Positions 21,607-32,500 of a stretch of 64,000 nucleotides of DNA are shown piece by piece. This DNA comes from Tetramitus jugosus (taxonomy: Eukaryota; Protista; Heterolobosea): NCBI GenBank assembly GCA_937625935.1, contig OW569351.1:310001-374000 (forward strand), written 5' to 3'. The translations under genes were made by a program, and so were the position numbers. Positions within the stretch are counted from its first letter, which is position 1, and each line of letters opens with the position of its first letter. Below the pieces are notes generated by a model. It worked only from the letters and a program-made list of their open reading frames with translations, was not told the DNA's origin and made no database searches.

Positions 21607-23622
21607 TTACATTTCCTCTCCTGTATCTTGTGAGTAGAAATCATCCACCACAAGGACAATCCGCTGTGGAAGCCTCTCTCTAAGCAAGTTGCCAAAGTGT
21701 ATCGGATAACGAGACTTCAGGTGGAAGCTTTCAACAGTCAGCGCATCAAACCAATCTTGTCCCATAGCTTCAACCATTTCCTGAACAGTTATGTCTCCTT
21801 CATCACCAATACAAATGGACTTCAGAGCACGTGTATGGATCAATGGCAAACAGTTCACAACAATCGAGCCACTAATGTCCAATACCTCTAGTGTGTTATT
21901 GTCTTTCAATGGATCCAGAGTGTCCTCATCGAGATCGACAGATGAATTGGCAGTAATCTGTCTCAGGGATCCCCGATTCATTAACACTGTCCTCAAGTTC
22001 TTTGCTTCGTAAATGGAAGGAAATCGCAGCAATTCCAATGTGCTATTATCACGCAGAATCTCATAACTCTTATCATCCAATCGATGCAGTGAAAACTCCA
22101 AGGCACGCAATTGACTGGACGCACAAATCTCATGCACCGTATCCACTGACAAATGACTCGTATTGATTGTCAACCATCTCAAGCTCTCTATCCGTATCAA
22201 CACGCGCACCAAACCATCATCAATATTGGAAATTGTACTGAGATCGACATGTCGTATCGTTGGTCGCGTCAACTGTGGCAAAAACGCATCCTTGTCCAAC
22301 GCTGAAAAACTGCAGCAATGATAGGTGAGTGAACAAAGATTGGGAAACGATCGAACCAGTTCACTCAAACTCTGTGAGGATTGTGATCCTTGACACGATA
22401 TCACTCTCAAACTGTTGCCACTCTTTATCCTATTTCTACTATTACTATTACTACTACTATTTGTTTTATAATCACTATTATTACTCTGCTTATGATGATT
22501 GTAGCGAGAAATATATTTTGTCCATTGGTGAATCAAATAGTCCATGGGTGCTATGGCCATCATCATTAGTCTCTTTGTTGATACAACAGTGCATTTCCAC
22601 TGTTTCACATCTTCTTCTTCTTCTTCAACATCATCATGATAATCATCATGATAATCATTGCTTACATTGTCATTATTTTTTGTAGTCGCAGTGGTAGTGG
22701 TAGTATTGTTGGTCGTACTGTGTTTTGCAGTTGTTTGTGCGGGGAATAGTGTGGGAATGGGAGGAGGTGGCGGTGCAATCACACTTAAATTATCTTTACA
22801 ACAACTGGTGCGAATATGCAATGTTTCTAGACCTAGATTCTCAGTGAATGCTCTTGCTATGGTATCCAAAATGAGGCACGCTTGTCGAAAATGACCTTGT
22901 GTCATTATACCTGACGTGATATCTTCATTGTCATTATTGTTGTAGCTCATGAGTTGTTGTTGTTGTTGTCGTTGTAGTCGTCGTTTGTTCATGAGTGAGC
23001 ACAGAGAACACAATGAGTGTAAATGAAAGCTCACACTGTTGGCATTCTTGAGCACGAATCGAAATTTCCACAATTCATTGCGCTGATACAACTGAACGAG
23101 TGCTTCATAAGAAAAGTGAACATGTCGCGTCAATAGCAACACTTGTGAGTGATACTTGACAATCCATAGTGGATCAACCAGTGGATCACTCATCATCATT
23201 GAATGACGATCATTGTTGTTGTTATTATGGTGTTGTCGTTGTTGTTGTTGGAGTATGGGAAAAGTTGGAGTTGTTGTTGTTGTAGCGGCGGTTGCATGTG
23301 CTTCATGGTTGGCATGAATGGACAAAAAATTGAAAATGTTCGTGAGACAGTTGGGTGCTAACATGGTCCAATCTGATGCACCACCGCCACCATCACTAGT
23401 GGATGATGAACTCTCATGATGATTATGTTGAATAGAAGAAGTGTTGTTGGTTATTATGGTATGGGAGGAGGAGGATGAAGTTGATGTTGTGGTTGCTATT
23501 GTATTGGTGCTCGCTTGACAAAGTCGTTTTGGTGTTGTGATAATGTTGTTGTTTTCATTGTTGTTGGTGGTGTCGTTGGTGTCTGGCGCGGTAGTGTCTA
23601 GTAGTTCGCGCTTCCTCTTCAT
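21607..23622 (-). CDS. F-box-like / leucine-rich repeat protein with low-complexity insertions
   Basis: DWTMLAPNCLTNIFNFL (F-box-like); C-terminal LxxLxL repeats (NLCSLTY, SLRWLTI, TLEVLDIS). Confidence 0.7.
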   Translation of the reverse strand: MKRKRELLDTTAPDTNDTTNNNENNNIITTPKRLCQASTNTIATTTSTSSSSSHTIITNNTSSIQHNHHESSSSTSDGGGGASDWTMLAPNCLTNIFNFLSIHANHEAHATAATTTTTPTFPILQQQQRQHHNNNNNDRHSMMMSDPLVDPLWIVKYHSQVLLLTRHVHFSYEALVQLYQRNELWKFRFVLKNANSVSFHLHSLCSLCSLMNKRRLQRQQQQQLMSYNNNDNEDITSGIMTQGHFRQACLILDTIARAFTENLGLETLHIRTSCCKDNLSVIAPPPPPIPTLFPAQTTAKHSTTNNTTTTTATTKNNDNVSNDYHDDYHDDVEEEEEDVKQWKCTVVSTKRLMMMAIAPMDYLIHQWTKYISRYNHHKQSNNSDYKTNSSSNSNSRNRIKSGNSLRVISCQGSQSSQSLSELVRSFPNLCSLTYHCCSFSALDKDAFLPQLTRPTIRHVDLSTISNIDDGLVRVLIRIESLRWLTINTSHLSVDTVHEICASSQLRALEFSLHRLDDKSYEILRDNSTLELLRFPSIYEAKNLRTVLMNRGSLRQITANSSVDLDEDTLDPLKDNNTLEVLDISGSIVVNCLPLIHTRALKSICIGDEGDITVQEMVEAMGQDWFDALTVESFHLKSRYPIHFGNLLRERLPQRIVLVVDDFYSQDTGEEM

Positions 23623-23867
23623 GCTCTATGGTGTGTACGTGTGTGTGATTTTTTAATGTTGTTATTATTGGTGGAGGGGATTGTTTGTCAACTCCAAATG
23701 TCTTGTATCTGTGGACGTGTTGCTTCGCGCTGAGTGCGCACTCGAGGAAGTCAAATTTTACGAAGCTTCGTTTTGATCAAGAATGGGATCTTTTAGCGCT
23801 TCTTTCGGGCGGCGATTGTTCAGAAAAGGATATGACAGGGTGGGTCAAGGATCGCACTAGCGACAAT

Positions 23868-25847
23868 TTAGTTGAACTGGTGGTTTGATTTTCCGAGTCT
23901 CAGTAGCTTTCTCATGTCTGCGGTTAAGCTTTTGCGGGAGCTGGTGAAGCGATCTTTCAGGATGGCTATGGATCTTCGATTATTCAAGTTGCTCGTGCTG
24001 AGTTTCCTCGACAGGTGAGAACGAGGAGACATGGATACAACAGAAGAGGCAGAAGAGTCAATGATCGACTCAGAGAGCTGGATGAGATCTAGGATATCAT
24101 CTGGTATGGAGCTATCTCCATCCACAGTTGCTTTCATTCTCTTACTCGATGACAGACTGGCGGCAATGCCAGCACACGTTTCTGAATCCTTGTTTGCAAT
24201 CATGACCAAGGCTCGACCTCCCTCAAGCAGTGAACGAGCAATATGAAACATGTTATCCTTTAGAGCGATATGTAGTGGTGTATCCTTGCTCTTGTTTTGA
24301 GCATTGATATCAACATCATTGCTCCTGGCCAATAGCGCCACTAGGTCTGCATTATCATGTAGCACGGCAATGTGGAGAGGTGTATTGCCTAAACACGCAT
24401 CTCTCTCATTTATCATGTCATACACCATGCTGTCGCTCATGTGAGTGGTTAGAATAAATAAGGCGTCAATATTACCAACTTCGGCACACTTGTGGAACAG
24501 ATTGTATCCCACGGAATTGGTGCTTGTTAAGCACCGGTTCATCTCAGTCACAGAAAACTGTTTCTTCATCGTATCTAGTAAAAAGTTCAAAAATGGAGGA
24601 TTGTTCAAACTGTAGAATAGAGCATTTTCGTTGTGTCTATTCTTTGCACCTAGTTGCACTATACTGTTGAATGTTCCCCTGTCTTGTTCAATCAAAAACT
24701 TCAGCATGGTAATATCACCCTTCTGAGCTAGCATATGAACGCAAGTATCTCCCTTCGTATATGTCATATTGACATCTGCATCAGCATATATGAGTGCCTC
24801 AATGATTTGTTGATGACCATTCCGAAGTGCAACCATGAGTGGGAAATGACCAACCGAGTCACGCACATTGACCCTAGCGCCCAATCCCAACAAGCAAAAC
24901 ACAATATCGGAAGTGCCAGCAGCACAAGCATAAAATAGAGGAGTTGAGTCATATTGATCCCTTTCATCCACATCGAAATTGCAATCCTCGACAAGATAGG
25001 TTATCAGATCAGGTGCATGTATATTGTCAGACTTGGACAACAGATGCAGCAACGAACACTGCTGCTGAAACCTGTGTCGCATCAAGAATCGATACCGGTG
25101 ATCTGGAGTCATCTCACAACTCTCTTTTTCGCCCTCAATCAACGCGTCACCTCTGTTGTCTGACTCTGGTTCGATGGTTTCTCGATCTTGCGTAATGGCA
25201 TGACTCAAAAAATCTTTGAACTGGTACAAGCATCCTTCATTGACCAAGTATTCCAGTTGTTGATTCATGTTTCTAGGCGTGGGTACAACGGTGGGATCAT
25301 CGTTGTTTGTCACTACAGGCCAATAAGCATAAAAGCTATTGTTCGCACTGCTGTTTGCTCTCTTGAGCAATGTGGATGACGAGAGGCTTCGAATGGGCAG
25401 ACGTAATTGACTTGTAATCTTCCTGTTTTCTTCACCTTCTCTTCCTAGTTCTTCTCTCGCAATATTGTTGTTGTTCTCACTGTTGAACGACACGACTTCT
25501 TCTTCCTCTTCTCCAGCCACCAACATACTACTTTCACTCTCAGTAGCTGTGTCATTGTTGGTATGGTTGTGATGGGAGCTTGAGAAGCCTCTGGGTGTGC
25601 TCGTCACTTGTGTCAGCTTTTCCTTGATCAACCGATTCATTTCAATCAGTCGTTCCGACATTCTTCTCACTCTCTTCGATGTGGTTGTTGTTGCTGTCAG
25701 CTTGCTGAGAGAAGTGGGAGACAATGGTGGACTCGAAGACAACATTTCAGTGTGGCCTGATAAGGGTCCTGACACGTGCTTTTGCAGTTGGTATTGCTGG
25801 ATGACTTGCTTCAAATTGCTGTTTCCCCCTGTCACTGTCGCAGCCAT
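23868..25847 (-). CDS. Ankyrin repeat protein
   Basis: STPLFYAC, GHFPLMVAL, GDTCVHMLA, GNTPLHIAV, DTPLHIAL repeats. Confidence 0.9.
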   Translation of the reverse strand: MAATVTGGNSNLKQVIQQYQLQKHVSGPLSGHTEMLSSSPPLSPTSLSKLTATTTTSKRVRRMSERLIEMNRLIKEKLTQVTSTPRGFSSSHHNHTNNDTATESESSMLVAGEEEEEVVSFNSENNNNIAREELGREGEENRKITSQLRLPIRSLSSSTLLKRANSSANNSFYAYWPVVTNNDDPTVVPTPRNMNQQLEYLVNEGCLYQFKDFLSHAITQDRETIEPESDNRGDALIEGEKESCEMTPDHRYRFLMRHRFQQQCSLLHLLSKSDNIHAPDLITYLVEDCNFDVDERDQYDSTPLFYACAAGTSDIVFCLLGLGARVNVRDSVGHFPLMVALRNGHQQIIEALIYADADVNMTYTKGDTCVHMLAQKGDITMLKFLIEQDRGTFNSIVQLGAKNRHNENALFYSLNNPPFLNFLLDTMKKQFSVTEMNRCLTSTNSVGYNLFHKCAEVGNIDALFILTTHMSDSMVYDMINERDACLGNTPLHIAVLHDNADLVALLARSNDVDINAQNKSKDTPLHIALKDNMFHIARSLLEGGRALVMIANKDSETCAGIAASLSSSKRMKATVDGDSSIPDDILDLIQLSESIIDSSASSVVSMSPRSHLSRKLSTSNLNNRRSIAILKDRFTSSRKSLTADMRKLLRLGKSNHQFN

Positions 25848-26125
25848 TGTCCAAATTGAATCTTCTTCTTCTCTCTCTCGAGCAGTGGAATGTTTTTTGG
25901 TTTGTTTTATTCTAGAGTGTAGTGGGACAAACGGTGGTCTGCGTGTGACAAAAGGTGTGCAGTGGGGAGAACAAGACAAGAGGTTGTTTTTGGCCCGTTA
26001 CCAGCCGTGGGATTATCCAAACTCTCCAGAAACTTCCCGTTGGTTTCTATTCTACCATTGCAGGAAACCCGCGAGTACGGGATTTGAGCTTCCATTTGTC
26101 TTTATTTAGTGTAACCGCAATCCTA

Positions 26126-27365
26126 CTACAAGTGGAAGTCAAATTCTGGTGTGGCGTCTAGATTCAGTAAATCATTGACAGCTTCCTTGAGTGGTTTCTC
26201 CTGATAAAGTACTGAATACACGTTATCAATGATAGGGCTACTCAACTGGAGTTTGCGACAAAGCTCAAAGGCAGCCTTGGTAGTGGGAACTCCTTCCGCA
26301 ACACTGCCTAGGTGTTCTACAACTTCACCTAGTGTTTCGCCATATTTGCCCATGCGATATCCAACGGTAAAGTTTCTCGACTTCTCTGATGTGCATGTCA
26401 GCATTAGATCTCCCAGACCCGGAAGGCCGAGAAATGATACAGAGTTCTTGCATCCCAGGGCGTGTCCGACTCGAGCGATCTCAGATAGACCTCGAGTCAA
26501 TAGAGCTGCACGAGCATTCATTTGGTATCCTAATCCAGCACACATGCCACTAGCAATAGCGACAACATTTTTCAGAGCACCAGCAACCTCCACACCGATC
26601 GGATCATCGCTGGTATAGACTCTAAATGTTCGAGAATGGAAGATTTGCTGAGCCATGAGGCATGTTTCTTTGTTTGAGCCTGCAACAGTGACGCATGTAG
26701 GTTGCTTGTTGACCACTTCAACAGCAAAGCTGGGTCCAGACAAGAAGACAGCACGATCTGCCACTTGCTGCCCACACACTTCGGCCAGAATATGCACTGG
26801 AAGTGCTAATGTAGAGTCTTCAATACCCTTGTTGGCCATGATCAGCAATGGCAACTTTTTTTCCTGTAATTCATTAACATTTGCACCGCCATACTTGACA
26901 GGTGTTGTAAACAGAGGCAGGTATTGTTTCAGAACAGATCTCAGATGTTGTGTCGGAATACACATGATAATCACATTGAAAGGCGTTTTGTCATCAGAGA
27001 AATTCTCTTCAACGACTTGTTCTTGATCATTACTCTGCACCAAGCGGTCAATGGATTCCTGGAGTTCTTTTGGTCCCACTCCTCTCAAACTCTCAGGCAA
27101 CACAGTGCCCTTCATGTACTTGGTGTTCATGTGTTCAATGTTGATCGCATCGATCAGGGATTGATCTCTGGCAAATATGCTCACATGAGTGTTTGTTGCA
27201 TGTTCGCTGCTGTACAGGTCAGAGAGATGATGTGCCAGGCAGGTGCCAAAATTACCACAGCCCAACTATCATATGTTGATTGGTGTGAATAGGAGCAAGA
27301 CAAGGCAAAAAACGAATCAACAGCATGTTGATTTATTTACATACGACGAGGATATTGTTGTTCAT
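26126..27365 (-). CDS. gpsA: NAD(P)H-dependent glycerol-3-phosphate dehydrogenase, GpsA type; 2 exons (27365-27345, 27265-26126)
   Basis: MNNNILV|LGCGNFG Rossmann motif restored by a GTATGT...TAG intron; NKGIE, LSGPSFA, GALKNVVAI, GDLMLTC..SRN. Confidence 0.93.
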
Positions 27366-27445
27366 TGAGAAATGGAGTCGTGATTTTGTTTGTTTTCAAT
27401 GGTGATGCAACAACAATTTTATGCCAAATCACTTTTGACAGTTAG

Positions 27446-27461
27446 CAGGTGATATCACCTG
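27446..27461. promoter_or_regulatory. Perfect 16-bp palindrome CAGGTGATATCACCTG upstream of gpsA
   Basis: The palindrome is read directly; its regulatory role is inferred only. Confidence 0.35.
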
Positions 27462-27583
27462 TTGCTAATGAAATCCAAGACAACGATCATCATTCACCTA
27501 AGGCAGCAGCCGGATGGCCTCGTAAACCAAGAATATCTTTCCTTCAGATGCACATATAGTTCATGTGCATAGTCAGTGACAAA

Positions 27584-28852
27584 CTATAAGGCTCCGTAGC
27601 TATCTTGATCCGTGGAACACGAAGCATCATTGTTGTCATAATTCATGGAGACTGCTTCTTTCTTTCGTTTCTGTACCACATAATATTGAGCAATTACAAA
27701 TGAGCCAATCAATGTAGCCAACACGCCAAGTGCAACCAAAACCAGCACGGCAATAAATGCAGCCTTACCTCCTGATGTTCCATCTGGAGTCGTGTTGTAA
27801 ACAAATGGTTCATATGCTACATCCATGGGTGCATCAGGTCCATATTCAGGTGAAATGTGCAAAGCAACAGTCACTATATACCTTGACCCATCAAACAAGA
27901 TGGGCATCGTAGCAGAATTCGCCGTTCCCGTATTCATCTTATCTCTGTTGTTGAGCTCCTTGAGTCCACACACTGTTCCCATGTTAATATCACTTCGAAT
28001 CGGTACCTTTGGACTACCACTCACTCGTTTTATGTACACTGTATAGCTTGATGCACTCTCCAAATCGGCATAATCCGTACAATTATTTGCATGACTCTCA
28101 CTCTCAACTTCATAACAGTACACTGCTCTCTTCCAAGTCAAGGATAGAGATGGTCCGAGTTTTGCTGCTCGCAACTTTCTTAGCATCAGATAACTGTCTG
28201 CCATTCCAATGTGATTCGGTGTAAAGTATTGAAGAAGCACAGTGAACTTTGCTTCATTTCGGACATTGTCCCAATCCATGATTTGAACACCGAAAAAGTA
28301 AGTCACAAGCTCTGAGCTCACATTGTTACTTGCATACTGAGCACCACCATTCAAAGTCGTAGTTCTCATGGCTAGTTTACCAAATGAAACATCAGGCTGA
28401 GCAACCACAACCATTTCTTGTCTCTTCTCATCATAACTATTGTAGACTGGAAAAATTGTCCGATTGGCGCCATTTTCTGTCGGGAACCATTTCTCTGATT
28501 TTCCGTCATCACAATTTTTAGATTGAGTGTGAGTGCACTGACTCATGTGCAATTGAACGAGACCAGTGCAAGCAGACACAGTGAGCATCGAATAGGCATG
28601 ATCATCATCATCACTATTTAAATCTTGAGATGATGGTACTGCCACTCTGAAAAAGAGATAGGTAGGAGATGCAGGTGAAGCACCACTATCACTCTTTGGT
28701 TTTGCAATCGTATAGCTCTGAATTTGATTTGGCGCCAATGTTTGATATTGTAAAGCCGTTATTGTCGTCAATGTTGTGAAACCAATGAACAACAAAAGTA
28801 GAACGAGTAAGAGAGGGAGATTTGATGATGGTTGCGTCGTCGTCATTCTCAC
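27584..28852 (-). CDS. Type I membrane protein with possible NDNF/fibronectin-like ectodomain
   Basis: Signal peptide LPLLLVLLLLFIGF; YTVY...NMGTVCGL; TM helix AAFIAVLVLVALGVLATLIGSFVI; tail ends YGAL. Confidence 0.7.
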   Translation of the reverse strand: MRMTTTQPSSNLPLLLVLLLLFIGFTTLTTITALQYQTLAPNQIQSYTIAKPKSDSGASPASPTYLFFRVAVPSSQDLNSDDDDHAYSMLTVSACTGLVQLHMSQCTHTQSKNCDDGKSEKWFPTENGANRTIFPVYNSYDEKRQEMVVVAQPDVSFGKLAMRTTTLNGGAQYASNNVSSELVTYFFGVQIMDWDNVRNEAKFTVLLQYFTPNHIGMADSYLMLRKLRAAKLGPSLSLTWKRAVYCYEVESESHANNCTDYADLESASSYTVYIKRVSGSPKVPIRSDINMGTVCGLKELNNRDKMNTGTANSATMPILFDGSRYIVTVALHISPEYGPDAPMDVAYEPFVYNTTPDGTSGGKAAFIAVLVLVALGVLATLIGSFVIAQYYVVQKRKKEAVSMNYDNNDASCSTDQDSYGAL

Positions 28853-29060
28853 TCACGTCGATAAAAGTATAGTGAAATCGAATGGTTGGGTTGTTGGTTT
28901 GTCTGTTGTTGTTGTTGGTGTTGTTGAACTTTCTTTTGCTCGTGTTTTTTTTTGGGAATCAATTCTCTGAGAGGCCAAAGGGAAAAGCTTCTCCTGCTGG
29001 AAAGTGGATCGATAGGTAAAAAATAGCTGCAACAATAGAAATTGCTTTCTTGTCATCGCC

Positions 29061-29504
29061 ATGAACTTTGGAAGAGAAACAGCGGCCATTTACGCATCTT
29101 TGTCCAGTGGACTCCATTCTGCTTGTGGAAAACAGCAGAGTCAATTCGATAAGTGTCGAGCGAAAGCGTCGTATGAAAATAGTAAGAGTGGTGGATCTTC
29201 GCCCGATCTTGAGCTCATCTACCAGGAGTGTTTTCCTTCCTTGGTTCAGTTCGGATCTTGTGCCGCCAACTTGCTCAATGAATATACAACCAAGTGCCCC
29301 ACGCAATACCAACAGTATCATCAATGTTTGAAGAGCAACAGTAATGATGTGATAAAGTGTGATACAACCAGGCAGCAATTTGAAGCTTGTGTCAAAGAAA
29401 AGCGTATATCTGTCAAGTTAATGCCACCGAGTGGTATGACTACAGTGCAGGCACAGTTCATTGAACAAAAGATTAATAGTTTTGGTAATGAGGCAAAAAA
29501 TTAA
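29061..29504 (+). CDS. Four-CX9C mitochondrial IMS protein (CHCHD5/Mix14-like)
   Basis: CGKQQSQFDKC, CFPSLVQFGSC, CPTQYQQYHQC, CDTTRQQFEAC. Confidence 0.75.
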   Translation: MNFGRETAAIYASLSSGLHSACGKQQSQFDKCRAKASYENSKSGGSSPDLELIYQECFPSLVQFGSCAANLLNEYTTKCPTQYQQYHQCLKSNSNDVIKCDTTRQQFEACVKEKRISVKLMPPSGMTTVQAQFIEQKINSFGNEAKN

Positions 29505-29516
29505 ATTATGTTATTG

Positions 29517-32500
29517 TTAGTGATATCTTCTCCGCTTTTCATGTTGGTGGTCATCTTGTGACCCTCTCGTATCTCTGTCTTGATAGCTTTCTCTCTTGTG
29601 GTATGATGGTGGTTGATAAGAGCTACGACTGTGACCTCGAGAGTGGTAAGATTGGTCTCTGCGATCTCTCTGCTGGTCTCTCAGCTGATCTCTATTCTGC
29701 TCTCTATTATGGTCTCGATAGTCTCTTCTGGATCCTCCATCTCTTCTTGGATAGTGTTGCTGTTGTTGCTGAGGACGAGCTCCCAAATATCGATAATATC
29801 TCATTTCTTCTACTTCCTCGAATCCAATTCTCGCGTACATATTTTGTGCTTTCCAGGTGCTACCCAGAGTACAGAATTGAGCGCCTCGTTCAATTGCATC
29901 CGAGATTGTGGTGCGTGTTAATCTGGAACCCAACCCATGACCTCTGTGGTTTGGAAGTACGGAAATGTCCATCACATGACATGAGTTGTTCGCTAGATTG
30001 TAGCAAACAGACGCACAACCAATGGCAATATCTTGACCATCGTCTCTCTTATAGGCTACCCACCTTCTCACAATATCGCTCTCCTTCAAATTCATAAATA
30101 GTTCTTCTTCTTCCTTTGATAACACTCCATTGTACGCCTTCTTGTTAACCTCACAAAAATCAAGAAGCGCCGTTTTGCTTGTGACTAGCTTGATGCTGAT
30201 GCTGGGATCTCCAGAATCATCAGATGACTTGTAATCATCCAAGTTCAAGTACATACCCATGTTACCCGATTTTTTGAAGCCAATTGTTTCAAGAACGGAG
30301 TGTAGCATAATACCTGATCGAGTACTAGTCGTAATGTAGTTTGGTACAACGATCGAGAATTGTTTCAAATCGCTCAGTTCTCTATTAATGAACTGAGGCA
30401 TCATCAGTTGTCTCACGCAAAACTCGAGATCCTGTTGATACAAAATTGCATTGGATGATGCTTGGTCAAAATCAGATAGTTTGACGCCTAGCACAAGGTT
30501 TTTAAAGGCATTATTTGTTTCAGTCACAACAGATTCGAATGACTTGATAGCTCTCGTGCCTTCTACTTGATAGTAACTAGTTGCAGCCGTGTTTTTGTAC
30601 AGACTGACGTATGAATGTATGATATTGTCATACACAACACTAGATCGCTTCACTTGATCCTCTGGAAGGATAGGAATATAGAGAGGCTTCGACTGTTGAA
30701 TAATATCAGCAATACTACCATAATATTTGCTCAACAATTGTTTGGCATGAGTAATTTTCCCCTTGATTTCCTGTGATTGAGCCAAGTCACTTCGTTTCTG
30801 CCAAACCCATATTGGTCTCGCTTTATCTGCCATACCTCTTGAAGCAATGACACCGACATAGTGAGAATCGGACAGCTGTGTTTGTATAAAAATATTCATA
30901 ATCTCGCAGATCTTAGTGTGATAGGTATCAGTAATATGAATCGCAAGATGACCCTTGTCTTCCAAATAGCTCCAACTTTTTTCAAGCGATGTAAAGAGGA
31001 ACTTCACAAGCCAATCGTTCAACTCTGGAAAATCGTCAATTGATTGTCCTTCATGTTCAACAGTGTATCTCTCCAAATCGAAGAATGGAGGACTTGTGAA
31101 CACCAAATTAAACTTCAAATTCGCTGGTATATCTGCTGTCTGGAATGGTTCATATTGGATATGAAATTTGCTCTTTGCGTCTTTTGCTGCGAATCGATTA
31201 ATCATAGCTGAATGTCCCTGCTTTAATGCGATATTCGGGTCTGTTGCATAATATAGATCAACATTTGTTGCCAATGCGGCCAATAATCTGTCACCCCAAC
31301 CGGCAGAGAAATCAAGAATGCGAGTACCTCCTAGGGTTTCATACACAAACTTTGCTAGTGATGGCTTAAATTGAGTACATTCCTTGTGCACAAAATATAA
31401 TGATTCTCTTAATTCGTGTGAATTGATATCGCTCTTCCTTTCGAGAAGATGATTCAAAACTTGACCATTTCCAGCTCTAGAGTTCCAAAATTGAATAGAA
31501 TTAATATTTGTGTCAATTCTCTTCGCATTGAGTCTGCATTCTTCCTGGAAATAATCGGATAGAATATCCATTGAATTATAATCGCTATCAGGAGACACAT
31601 GAATGCAGTATTGATTCGGCTCGCGGAATGATACAGGGAATAAAAATTCTTTGGAGATGCTCTTTAAGCTGGGTATCCTAAATGGGGCATTCTCGACGAT
31701 TGGCTTGTGATCGACAAGTCGCTTGAACATGAGAGAAACTTGTTCTTCAGTAAAAGTGTACTTTTTGAATGGAAATCCTATCAATCCGTTCGAAATAAAC
31801 TCGGACAACACTCGAACCACATATTGATGTCCATATTCCTCGCTCAACTTTTCAAAATCAGTGTATGGTAAATTGATTTGTCTTGTTTCATCCGTGGTAA
31901 TATATGGAATTAATAATTGCTTCACTGTTTGGTATTTATCGTCATGAACCATCTCATCTGTTGTTAACTCGTATCCCCATTTCGAAAATCGTTGAATGAC
32001 AGCATCGTTGTTCGCAAACAAAAATGATAGCTTTGGATATTGTTTGAGCATCGAAATGGCGACATTGTCCCACGATTCCTGTTCTTTCCACTCTTTTGAT
32101 GGAGCCCAAGGCTTCTCAGTAATAAAGTGAGTAATGACGGGATCAATATTGTCGTCCATGGCCTTCCAAGCAATGTAACCATACTTGTTGTGCACATGTG
32201 TCCAATTGCTCAAATAAAACTCTGTAAACAATTTTTCATCTGGGCCAATATAGTGCTCATTGTCTCCAAAAAATTCACTACTCGTCACAATTCTCTTCAT
32301 CTCCTCATAGTCGGACTCATTTGGTCTCAACAAGTACAAGAATCCTCTAATGCCATACTGATTCAACGAATCACGAACCACTTGTTCTGGAATTGGCTTA
32401 CCGTGACACGCTTCTTGATCTTCCACTGCAGAGCAAACACCAGCAGGCGCTCTCAATTCAAACAAATCATCTGGACACTTCCAAGCAACCATGTCAGCAT

